Source: Lama glama (taxonomy: Eukaryota). Taken from it: a stretch of DNA of 64,000 nt. Both the position numbers and the translations under genes were made by a program. The notes under the pieces were generated by a model that saw nothing but the letters and a program-made list of their open reading frames with translations, made no database searches and had not been told where the DNA came from. Positions 49,958 to 61,203 of this stretch are shown here, one piece after another. The first letter of the stretch is position 1; each line of letters begins with the position of its first letter. The stretch is taken from positions 684,001 through 748,000 of the forward strand of contig CM052818.1 in assembly GCA_028534125.1 (NCBI GenBank), read 5' to 3'.

Positions 49958-51214
49958 AAAGAATATAAGTAAAGAAATAATCTAAATGACCACCGAGTAT
50001 CATTCATATCAATGATGGTGGTCCACTCATACAATGGAATACTAAAGAGTCTTTAAAATGATATGAATATTTATAGACATGAAAGGATATCCATTAGATA
50101 TGGTGTCATTGGTGTAAAATTGTGTGTCTGTTGCGTGCACAAGTGTGTTTGTACACACAAAGATCTACAACAGAAGTCACTGGAATATCAATTGTGGTGT
50201 CTTCTGGTTGGGAGCACTTTGAATGCCTTTACATTCTCATTTTCTTATTTCTAAAGTTATAAAAGCCATATTTGTTATTTTCACATCAATAGTTGACACT
50301 AGCAAAGTGTGTGCTGTGTGCCAGGTGCTTCTCTAATTGCTACAAACTATGATTACTCCTGAAGGAAACAAGGGTGGGGAGAGATTGGGTAACTTGCCCA
50401 AGGTCCACAGCTAGTAAATGGTAGCACTGAGATTCAAAGCCTAGTGGTCTGGCCCCACGGGCTGCACCCTTACTACACTAATTAACTCAAGTAGAGTGAG
50501 AGTCTCTTAACCCGTACCCCCACCAACGACCCCACCCCTCCCCTCAGAAGTAAACATTTAAATCCACTTGACAGGGATCCTCCCAAAATTTCTGCCGGGC
50601 ATTGTCAGACCCGTGTCAGATGTACGCATGCATGTGTGTGCTTTTCTTTTTTATATAAAACGAGATGTTATTGTGCATCCTGTTAGTACACATAGTTCGC
50701 CCTCATGCTTTTTTACCACTGAGGGGTGTTCTGCAGCGTGAATGGATGGAACTGATGTGCCCATGCCCCCTCCTACTGAAAACTGCTGGTTCCCAGTTCT
50801 TCATTTGAACAGACAAAGCTGCAGTGAGCGTCTCCTGGTACACACAGTACAGTGTACAGATGTGGAATGCTATTCCTATGACAATTTCCCAGAAAATCGA
50901 ACTGCGGGGTCAAAAGACACGTATGCCAAAACTGAAAAAGACTCCCCAGTTCCCCACAACAAGAAGGCTGTGTGGCTACACTATATACACATGTATGTTT
51001 CATATACATACATACAGTCTTTGAGTGCCCATATATATACTGTTCATTGTTTCTAAGAACAGTTTAGAGTATTAGCTTTTTAAACTTACATAATTATCTA
51101 AAGAATAAAGCCAACCACAAAATAAGAATCAACAGAATTCAGTAATCCAATCATAAAGGAGAGTCAAATGTGTTCACACATGTTCAAGGAATCAATCATC
51201 TTAGTTATAAATAA

Positions 51215-51452
51215 TAAGTAGTTCATTTGTGTCCTGTTTTTTTTAGATTCCACATATAAGCGATATCATATGGCATTTTTCTTTCTCTTTCTGGCTTACT
51301 TCATTTAGAATGACGATCTCCAGGTCCATCCATGTTGTTGCAAATGGCATTATTTTATTCTTTTTTATGGCTGAGTAGTATTCCATTGTATAAATATACC
51401 TCATCTTCTTTATCCAGTTATCTATTAATAGACATTTGGGTTGTTTCCATGT
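51215..51452 (-). mobile_element. Lineage-specific L1 3'UTR fragment
   Basis: ttagattccacatataagcgatatcatatgg...ttgtttccatgt. Confidence 0.85.
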
Positions 51453-51699
51453 AAATGTCAGTCCATTGATACCCTGTTGGTTGCAAGTATTTTCTGTGTG
51501 TGTTGCACTTCTTTGAATTTCATTTATGTCTTACTGTTATAGAGAGATTTTAACTTGGTTTATTTATGTAACAAAATGTGCCCATTTTTTTCCTTTATGG
51601 CTTTACATCTTGTTTAGGAATTCTTTCTCCACAACCAAGAATATAAGAATACTCTCTTCTCTTCTAGTATGTTTATATTTTGTTTATAGATTTTAACAT

Positions 51700-52102
51700 T
51701 GTTATTTATTTATTTTAATTGTGGTAAAAAATACATAACATAAACTTTACCATCTGAACCATCTGTAAGTGCACAGCACGGTAGCATTAATACATTCACA
51801 CTGTTGTGTAACCATCACTATCATCCATCTCCTGAACTCTTTTATCCTGCAAAATGGAAACTCTATACTCATTAAGCAATAACTCCCCGTCCCTGCTCTC
51901 CTCAGCCCCTGGCAAACACCATTCTACTTTCCGTCTCTATGAATTTGACTCCTCTAAGTCCCTCATATAAGTAGAATCTTATCATAGTTTTTGTCCTTTT
52001 GTGACTGGTTTATTTCACTTAGCATAATGTCTTCAAGTTTCATCCATATTGTAGCATGCGTGAACATTTCCTCTTTTTTTAAGTCTCAACAATATTCCAT
52101 TA
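51700..52102 (-). mobile_element. L1MB-like 3' end
   Basis: ttgtggtaaaaaatacataacataaactttaccatc...tttcacttagcataatgtcttcaag. Confidence 0.85.
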
Positions 52103-52688
52103 CAGATTTACTTTTGTATTTGGCCTTTAATCTGTGTAGAATCTAACAGTGTTTGATGAGAAGTAGGGACTTAAGTTTTTTATTTTTAGGTTGGTCATCT
52201 TTAAAACAAAACCCAGGCTCCCATGGGGGCTCAGGTCTGTTTCTGGACTTTTGTGTTATTGATCCCTTTGTCTGTAACTGGACTGGAATTACACTGCTTT
52301 AATTACTGAAGGTTTTCAGTAAGTTTTTATAGCTGCTAAAATCATGTTCCATCCCCATTCCTGTTCTATTTTAGACGTTCCCCAACCATTCTCAGACATT
52401 TACTATTTCAGAGGAACTTTAGAATTACATGGTCACAGCCCAAAAATACTCCCTTGCAATTTTGACTGGGCTACCTTGAAGTCACCCACTAATTTGAGGT
52501 TGACATCTTATAAAGCTGAGCTGCTTGCTAGCACATCTCCAGGAGACTTTGCTTCCCGGTGGCTCTCCAGGCTGTCCCGTGATGCCCCCTACAGGGCTGT
52601 CCGAGGACTTCCCACTCGCCCCGCCACCCCAGCCTATGATTCCAAGGCTTCTAGAAGGGACAGATTCCTATACATCCTTGATTTAATT

Positions 52689-53179
52689 TGTGAATGAAAA
52701 TACTGCAACCATATCAGTAAACAAAGAATGCTGAAACCAAGTCATCAGCGGCTGCCGCCCTCCCCCAGCAAGGACAGGCCTGCAGCCCAGCCTCTGCAGC
52801 CACTCACAATGGTGCCCTCTGAGCACCATCAGTCTTATTCTGAGACTCAGAATAAGAAAGGACAGGATGCTGGCCCTAGATAGCCAGATGTTTGTCAAAG
52901 GAATGAATTCAATGAACCCAAATGTTTGCTTCCTCCCATACACAGAAAAGCACTAAATTCTTTAACTTGAGATGCCTGGTTTTCTTTAGATAACAAGCAA
53001 TCTTTTATTGTTCCAACCACCTGGTCTTTGTCGTAAAGCTCCTATATTTCCTAGCTCCTCCCCTACCTCTTCAGAGCTGTCCCTCAGAGCATCTGAGAGG
53101 CTGTCATCCTGGCTCAAGTCCTCCCACCAAATAAAACATAACTCTTAACTTTTAGGCTGCGCATTTATTTCAGTTGACA
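52689..53179 (+). mobile_element. MER41-like ERV1 solo LTR (copy 1)
   Basis: tgtgaatg...gttgaca ends, perfect 4-bp TSD AATT, AATAAA near 53130. Confidence 0.8.
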
Positions 53180-53217
53180 AATTCTTTCCTTCCCCAAATG
53201 ACATTTGGATTTTAACC

Positions 53218-53690
53218 TGTCGACTGAAATAAAGTGCACAACCTAAAACTTGAGGTTTTATTCGATGGACATTTCTGAGGACTCAAACCATTCAAACCCA
53301 GGGTGACAGCCTCTCAGATCGCCTGAGGGACTGCTCCAAAGAGGTAGAGGAGGAGCCAGGATATATAGGAGTTTTTACAACGAAGACCAGGTAGTTGGAA
53401 CATCAAAAGATTACTGTTAATTAAAGAAAACCAGATAGCTCTGGATTTTAGTGCTTTTCTATGTATGGGAAAGCGCAAAGGTCAGGGCTGATTGAAATCA
53501 TCCCTTTGACGAGCACCTGGCTATCAAGCGCCAGCCTCCCGTGCTTCCCATCCTGAGTCCCCGCAGGGGGCACCGCTGGGGTGGCTGCAGAGGCGGGGCT
53601 GCCTGCTTGATCTGCATCCTGAGTTGGCTGATGACTTGATGGCCCAATTCTTTGTTTACTGATACCGGCGTGCAGTATTTTTCGTTCATA
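53218..53690 (-). mobile_element. MER41-like ERV1 solo LTR (copy 2, inverted)
   Basis: Reverse complement aligns with copy 1 along its length (e.g. atctgagaggctgtca, tttatttcagt.gaca). TSD approximately AACC. Confidence 0.8.
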
Positions 53691-54217
53691 ACCTGAACTT
53701 TCAGAGCCAAAATCCAGAGTGGGCCTTGCAGAAACCTCAGGCCCTGCAGTAGACCCGTGGGGAAATACTCCCCTGCTCCCAGCAAACTACACCCCTAAGG
53801 CCGATGCTGAACACACGTGTGACCAGTTGACAGGTGACTAGGGTCCAGCTGACAATTTTCTTAATAGCTCTACTATTACAGGATACCATAAAGTTCCCTT
53901 GTTTTAAGTATATAATTAAATGATTTGCGCAACCAGCCCAAATCCAATTTTAGAACACTCCCACCACCCCAAAAGTACCCCTCATGCCTATTAGGGTCCT
54001 TCTCTGATGCCACTTTGTCTTGAGCATGAAAGCATCGGCAGCAGTGGGGGACAGAGTGAGGGAGTCCCCAGGAGATCCTCCGCCAGTAAGTCTAGAACCA
54101 ATGCCCCAACAATGTGCATAACACAACCTGTGAGCCAGCACCCCTCTCCTGAGGAGACCTACTGGGGGCTCCTCCTGAGGGCACTGGCCATGCTGAGCCC
54201 CATCCCCACCCTTCCAG

Positions 54218-54378
54218 GTGGATAAAGTTTGAAGAAAAGGTGGAGGAAGGAGGCGAACGCTGGAGCAAGCCCCACGTGTCCACACTGTCCCTACACAGCC
54301 TCTTTGAGCTCCGGACCTGCCTGCAGACGGGGACGGTGCTGCTGGATTTGGACAGCGGCTCCTTACCGCAGATCATAG
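54218..54378 (+). CDS. SLC4A5: SLC4A5 coding exon 4 (161 nt), [53 protein letters not shown]
   Basis: Acceptor cttccag| and donor G|gtgagg. Contains the SLC4 hallmark [26 protein letters not shown]. Phase 2-1. Confidence 0.98.
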
Positions 54379-55198
54379 GTGAGGTGGGGACCACTGTGTC
54401 CCCCTCAAACCAGGGCAGCATCCCCTCCTCACCCCGTCTCATGCCCACCCTTGGTCTGTGTGACATGCCCACCTCTGATGCCGACCTGATTCTGCAGAGA
54501 CGAAGCTTTGGGTCTGAAGCTCCCAAGGCAGTGTCACAAGTTTCCGTTCCATGTAGGGAAGGAAAGACCAGCCTCTGAAATGCAGCCAGCAACGTAACCC
54601 AAGGGAGACATGGTTGGACGGGGCTCTTAGCATGGTTGCAGACATCTGTTGCCATGGCAACCTGTTTCTCATCAGAGTAAATGGAACATCATTCATCTTT
54701 AGGAAACTAGCTCTCATTTGATGGAGTGGCAAAGGGAGGCAGTGGCTTGCCTTATCATCCTTAAAACTTCTTGTGAATTTTGTTCCAGCACGTTCAGTTT
54801 TGCCAGAACTATTTTGCCCAAAATACTTTTCTAAAAAGAATCATGTTAGGACTAAACCCATTTACCATAGTACTTTCATGCTTCTTAGGGTACTTTCATG
54901 TGTGCAATTTCATTTACTTTCCACAATGTTATGATAGAAAGAGCAGAGACTCCTGCACCCACACAGGCACCCACATGCACCAACACCCACAGATATGCTC
55001 ACACCCTTTTACATATGAGGGGGCTGAGGGTGCATGACTGATCCAAATTTCCCGTTTGTGGCAAAGGTGGAACTATTTCTATATCCTCTGCCTCTTTTAG
55101 CTCACTTTTGATCCCACTAATAGCAGATGAAACTGAAGACCCCCACATCCCTGGTCATGCTGTCCCACGTGGACGAGGCGTGTTTGTTTCCCACTTAG

Positions 55199-55354
55199 AT
55201 GATGTCATTGAGAAGCAAATTGAGGACGGCCTCCTTCGGCCAGAGCTCCGCGAGAGGGTCAGCTACGTCCTCCTGAGGAAACACCGTCACCAAACCAAGA
55301 AGCCCATCCACCGCTCCCTGGCCGACATCGGAAAGTCGGTCTCCTCCACCACCA
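55199..55354 (+). CDS. SLC4A5: SLC4A5 coding exon 5 (156 nt), [52 protein letters not shown]
   Basis: Acceptor ccacttag| and donor A|gtgagt. Contains the LLRKHRHQ and RSLADIGK motifs. Phase 1-1. Confidence 0.97.
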
Positions 55355-55589
55355 GTGAGTAGGGCCGTTCGCCCCTGGCTTGTTCTGTGCGCGCATCTCG
55401 AATCAGCGTCCCTCCACCCTTGCTGTCCCAGAGCTGAGGTGCCCAGGCACTAGCCCTGCTGGCCCTGTCAGATAAATGTAGTAATCTGCACAAAGCTGGT
55501 GAAGCTGCTAAACAAAGAGCCTTGAGGAATCTCTTTAGACGAGTTATTTATAAAGTGTGTATTTAGCAAGTGGTAATGACGGCGGCAGG

Positions 55590-55780
55590 GACTTCCAGGC
55601 ACTGTCTGAGTGCTCCCCGTGTGTTAACTCACTTCGTCCTCACGGTAACCCCGTGACTAGGGGCTGCTCTCGTCATCCCCATTTTACAGACGAGGAGGCT
55701 GAGGCTCGGAGAGGTTGAGCTACTTGCCGAAGGTCACGTGGCCAGTAGCTTGTGGAATCAGGGCTGAACCTCGGTAGTCT
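55590..55780 (-). mobile_element. MIR SINE
   Basis: catccccattttacagacgaggaggctgaggctcggagaggttgagctacttgccgaaggtcac core. Other MIR relics lie near 1870, 9780, 16070, 22430, 31700 and 50380. Confidence 0.8.
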
Positions 55781-56077
55781 ACAACGCCTGGTGCCTGTTT
55801 AATCAATTGTGTCTCTCACTTTCAACAGTACAAATATTTCCTCTGATCATGTTCAGACTATTCATTTGCTTCACACACACAAGAAAAAAAAAACCTTGAA
55901 AAACAAGAACCAAAACCAAAACCACCAAAACATCCTTTCTTCCTGGAAGGGGAAGGCATGTCTTGCCGCCCATTTTTATTTAGGTGAAAGGATTGTAGAT
56001 GTGGACTACGCTAGTGCACGAAGCGGAGCCACGCCGGCGAGTCTACCGAAGCCAAATCCCTCTGTCCCTCCTCCCAG

Positions 56078-56173
56078 ATCGCAGCCCAGCGCGGAGCCCG
56101 GCGGCGGGCCCGAACCTGCATCGCTCCACCGAGGACCTGAGGATGCGGCAAAGCGCGCATTACGGACGCCTGT
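56078..56173 (+). CDS. SLC4A5: SLC4A5 coding exon 6 (96 nt), [32 protein letters not shown]
   Basis: Acceptor ctcccag| and donor T|gtgagt, phase 1-1. Matches human [31 protein letters not shown]. Confidence 0.95.
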
Positions 56174-57527
56174 GTGAGTGTCTTCTCTGCGGCTGCGCGG
56201 CAGCTCCGCTGTGGCCGGGGCCGCCCTGAAGGCTGACCTGACTCACGCAGACTTTCATAGCAGAGGAGGGAAAGCTCAGGCTCTGTCCAGAATTCTCAGT
56301 CATCAGGAGAAATCTGATTTTCCCCCTAAACCGGGGCTGCCCTCATGTTATTAACAAATTTACTACCGTAATTTTCTAAATAATCACTCCAAAAAAAAAA
56401 TGCAGCTCTAATCAAGTCCTGTCATAATCAATATGCAGGCCTAGGTGCTAAACATTTTTAACCTAGCTTACGCCTTTGTTTTCACCAAACTGATCATTAG
56501 TCCTGTTTTTGTGAAAAGACTTCCAGAAACAGAGTTAAAAACAGTTCTTTCCCCCAGGACAGTCAGAGAACGTTCCCCTCCGGCATGACAGTCTCATGCC
56601 CGGAGACAGTGGGGCTCTGGCCAAGCCGCAGCCCCTGAGTGCTGGGAGTGGGTGGGCTGCGTGGTCACAGACTCGGCCTTTTCAGGGACGAACAGCCCCA
56701 TGAGCTGTGAGGCAAAGGAGAGAGGGAACTTGGGAAACGAAAAGGAAAAGCAGTGGGAAGGAGTAGTTTCCTTTAAACACTTTTACTAATATGCCAAGAT
56801 ATAGGTAAGACATCCCAGGGCTGTGGTCCTAATCAGGCCTGAAGAATGCCTGGCAGGAGGGGGGGTGGGGGTGGGGGGTAGTGTGGCAGACATGACCTCT
56901 GCCGGGTTTGCTGCAGACTTTTCTCTGTTCTTAGTGACCCCAGGATGCTCTCAATCTCCCCTCGTCTTGGTTATTCCACAGAGGGACACCAGCAGTCAGC
57001 AGGCAAGGACTGGCTTTGGGACGAGCCTTCTGCTCTGTTATTCACTATATATGCAGTGCCAATGCTGTGCTGTGCCGGGACCCAGATAAAGGGCCTGAGT
57101 AAGGGATTACAGCTTTGTGTACTATGTCGCCCCACCCCGAGGTGGCGCCTGGGAAGGCTCAGCGAGGACTAGACACGCTCCTGAGTCTTGGGAGAATAAA
57201 TAGGAGATTTCCAGTAGCATGGGGGAGGAAGAGGGTATTCTTTACAACAAAGGAAACAAACAGCAGGTGAGGAGAAGGCGCTGTGAAGAGTGTCCCATAT
57301 TCTGAAATATATACTCATATTCTGGGAAATAAATCGATTCAGCTCACCAGGAATGTATTCTAAGGGAAGGAAGGTCCAATCAAAGAGGGCCTATGTGTCC
57401 TGCAAAAGGATCCAGCCTTTATTTTGAGGGTGGTTGGAACCCCTGAGAAGTTTTAAGCAGCGGGGTACCATGCCCAGATTTTTACTTGAGAAATAAACTA
57501 GAAGGGCCCTAACGACTAGAAAAGAAA

Positions 57528-58082
57528 TGCTGCAGAAAAACATGTTAAAGCTCGGTGTTACAGCTCAGTTGAGACAGAAACCTGGGTCCCTGGTGAGAAG
57601 CCAAGCGGCACTTGGAGAGATGAAGAACTCACGTTTATTACACCACCTGGCTCAGAGGAGTTAACACTTCAAGTTCTGAACCCCGGCTGTAGGTTTACAC
57701 AGGCCTTTTATAGGCTGTCAGTTTTACACTTTGCAACATCATATGCAAATCAGATATAATAGAAGTTGACCAACCAGGAACAAGCTTTGTAGAAATAGAC
57801 CAATCAGGAGTGAGAGAAATAGCCAATCAGGAGTGAGCTCTGTGCAAATGAAGTACTACAAGTGGACCAATCAGAAGTGAGAGTAATACCCAATCAGGAG
57901 TGAAGGAAATAACCAATAAGAAATGAGCTCAGGAAACCAATAGAATTTTAGGTGTAACTTAGCCGCTTTAGAGGCAGAAAGTGAGATAGAGTTTCCCGGC
58001 CAGGGAACCTGACGTTGCTGGGAGAAGAGCAGCAGCCCTGCCTAGGGGTCCTGCCGGTCTTTTTATGGGGCTTCCCGCCTCA
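57528..58082 (-). mobile_element. Solo LTR with CCAAT and octamer array (copy B)
   Basis: Same family as 44808-45317. Minus-strand TATAAAA at 57706-57712 and AATAAA at 57634-57639. Confidence 0.85.
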
Positions 58083-59007
58083 AAGAGATGAAGCCCATAT
58101 TCGGGCAGTGAGAGCAAGAATGGAGAGAGGAGGGCCCTGGTGGGACTCAGTGACTGGTGGGGAGTGGGAGGTGAGGAAGAGGGTGGAGTCGAGGCTGCTT
58201 TTACAGGCTCGAAAGCCAGTGGATGAGGGAGGAGGCATTGGGTCTGCAGAGGGGGTCATCTGATGGAAGACAATGAGTTTCATTTCCCGGTGTGTTGACT
58301 TTGAGGTGCCAGGTGGGGCTCTCAGAGGAGTCTGGAGCTCAGGAGAGACATATGGACTGGAGACTCAACCTGGGCCTCCTCAGCCCAAATGTGGATGGGG
58401 AAGTGGGTGTGATTGACCAAGGAGGAGGCGGGGAGGTTGCTGGAGGATTCGAGAACAAAGCAAGGCCCTGAGGAGGGCCCATCAGGAGAGGCTCCTGGGT
58501 GGAAATTAGAGGAGGGGAGCCGAGGGAGAACAGAGGTCTGGAAGTGAGGGGACACCACAGGCCACAGAAGGCCAAGGAATAATAGGTGTGAGGGTGCTCA
58601 CTGTGTCTGGCCGCTAGTGGGAAATGACAGCTCAACTTCTGCCTTAATGGAGGAGGGAACTGTCCGCAGTTCAAATAGTTCATCAGCACTGTCCCCCCGG
58701 GGGGCCCACCTTCCTTCCCTCTGCCAGCCGCATCCCCAGCCAGCTTTAAAGACTCGCATGAGTCATAGAGGACACAGCTGAAACTGCTCTCTCCCCATCA
58801 AAGTCCAAGCTTAGGGACACCTGGCTCCTCACCTGGTAGTGTGGCTGTGTCCCTCCCCATCTCCAGGGCCTGGTGCAGAGCAGACAGCTTGGTCTCTGCC
58901 CAGGAAGGTGGGGCGGGGCTCTGGGACTGGGGCGCAACAGATTGAGGAGTGAGAAGGAAGCCGTAGAACCTGGGGTCCAGCAACTCTCTTAAGAAAGCTG
59001 CCATTGA

Positions 59008-59143
59008 GGTGGGGAGAGTGTAGCTCAAGTGGTAGAGCACATGCTCAGCACCCAAGAGGTCCCGGGTTCAATCCCTGGTACCGCCTCCAAGCGGACATCA
59101 ATGAAGAAAATGAATTACCTTCCCCTCAGAAAACAAACAATAC
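59008..59143 (+). mobile_element. Vic-1-type SINE
   Basis: Perfect 17-bp TSD aagaaagctgccattga at 58991-59007 and 59144-59160, at a tt|aagaaa L1 endonuclease site. Confidence 0.9.
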
Positions 59144-59319
59144 AAGAAAGCTGCCATTGAAAGGAAGGGAAAGGAGGATGTTAGCTCAAAGGGGCTGCAA
59201 GATTAGGGGAGAGGGTTTTGCTTTGGTTGTGAAGCTGGGGAAAGCCTCTTAGAGACCAAGAGAAAAGGACGTGCGAGACCTGGCTTCTCCTGATGCACCT
59301 TCTTTTCTTTCCCTCCTAG

Positions 59320-59375
59320 GTCACGCCCAGAGCAGAAGCATGAATGATATTTCTCACACCCCAAATACAGACCAG
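59320..59375 (+). CDS. SLC4A5: SLC4A5 coding exon 7 (56 nt), CHAQSRSMNDISHTPNTDQ
   Basis: Strong polypyrimidine tract ending ccctcctag| and donor CAG|gtagca, phase 1-0. Matches human CHAQSRSMNDISLTPNTDQ. Confidence 0.93.
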
Positions 59376-60703
59376 GTAGCAAAGCCCTGCACTTGGCCAG
59401 GGTAGGACGGAGCCTTTGGTTGCAGGGGAGGGGAGCCCCTGCAGGCGTAACTCCATTCCCATGAAAAAGTGGGAGTCCCCAGGAGGGGCCTGGGTGGGGC
59501 TCTGGGCTGCCTTGGTGACTCTGCCCTGCCCATCACTTGGGTGCTGGCTCTGTGCCAGACCCTCTGTGCCAGGACAGGGAGGTGTGATCAGATGAGATGC
59601 CGGCTATCCCTGAACTTGGGATTTATGGGAGAGAGAAGACCACCACACAGTCTCACCTCCTCCATGACCCTCGAGCACTTTTAATGATGAAGTGGGAACG
59701 TGGGCTGATAGAGGAAAGCAGTGGGGCCTCCCTGTGGGGGCAACAATGATTGTGAGTCAGCTGGACTGCCCAGCAGGGTATCTGCTCGTTGTCTGGTACA
59801 AGATCAAGCCAGTTCTTGTCTCCCACTGATGAGCTCAGAATCCTACAAACAGGCTGAGTCCACATTCTAAGGCCCACAGCCCGGGAACCCCATGACTGTG
59901 CCCCGAGGGGAACCCACAGGAGGCTGTCCTCACTTCCAAACACTGCACATTTCAGGGGCAGAGGGTCCCATGGTCCCCTTGCCTGTGCCCCCAGGAGTAG
60001 GAAGAAAGGTAATAAAGGAAACCTGAAATTTGGCACAGACGCCTCAGGAGCTCGGGTGACCTCCAGGCCTTCAAGGCACTCCCAAATCGTGGAAGGCAGA
60101 ACGGAAGTGTTCCTTCACAGAAGCATCAGCCAGCATTTCAGGTCCACACACTGCGCGCACGGCACCGTGCGCGGCCTTCTCTGTGCAGCACGACGGGACA
60201 GTTAGCACCTCCGCTCTGCAGTGTTATCACCTCCTCCCTGCAGTTCACAGGCTTAACGCAGGTACATAACTAGCCCAAGTTCCTGGGGCTGGAGGATGCC
60301 AGAACCATGATTGGTCCAGAAGGTCTGACTCTAGAGCCCTTAACTTGGGAGTGAGTTATGAATGAATGAGTATTCTGGGATGTTATTTTGAGAAGAACCC
60401 CACATTACTATAGTCACGTGCACAGACAATGTCGCCATGATGACAAAGCATTTACTGGTAAAAGTCTCTCACAGCCTATTTCGGTGACTGTCTGAGTGGC
60501 GCTAAGAATCCTGCTGCTCTCGGCAGGCACTGCCGCCTTTGACTTAGGACCCGGGGCCCAATGCCAGGCACCAGCGTCCAGCTCGCCTGACTGGTTGGGA
60601 GATGCAGCCCCTCAGTATTTGCAGCGGCAGTGGCTTGTTGTGGGGACAATTTTGTACAACACGGGTGTTCTTTTAGGTGTATCTTTCTTCATCACTCCAC
60701 ATC

Positions 60704-61203
60704 NNNNNNNNNNNNNNNNNNNNNNNNNNNNNNNNNNNNNNNNNNNNNNNNNNNNNNNNNNNNNNNNNNNNNNNNNNNNNNNNNNNNNNNNNNNNNNNNN
60801 NNNNNNNNNNNNNNNNNNNNNNNNNNNNNNNNNNNNNNNNNNNNNNNNNNNNNNNNNNNNNNNNNNNNNNNNNNNNNNNNNNNNNNNNNNNNNNNNNNNN
60901 NNNNNNNNNNNNNNNNNNNNNNNNNNNNNNNNNNNNNNNNNNNNNNNNNNNNNNNNNNNNNNNNNNNNNNNNNNNNNNNNNNNNNNNNNNNNNNNNNNNN
61001 NNNNNNNNNNNNNNNNNNNNNNNNNNNNNNNNNNNNNNNNNNNNNNNNNNNNNNNNNNNNNNNNNNNNNNNNNNNNNNNNNNNNNNNNNNNNNNNNNNNN
61101 NNNNNNNNNNNNNNNNNNNNNNNNNNNNNNNNNNNNNNNNNNNNNNNNNNNNNNNNNNNNNNNNNNNNNNNNNNNNNNNNNNNNNNNNNNNNNNNNNNNN
61201 NNN
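60704..61203. other. Assembly gap (500 N)
   Basis: Run of exactly 500 n. Confidence 1.

Noticed and set aside
54092..54655. 187-aa antisense ORF over exon 4
   Set aside because: Likely a shadow of the GC-rich sense exon; no recognisable domain.
44808..58082. Full-length provirus between the two similar LTRs
   Set aside because: The interval holds host SLC4A5 exons and old repeats, shows no gag/pol/env, the flanks do not share a TSD, and the LTRs differ in repeat-unit number. These are two solo LTRs.
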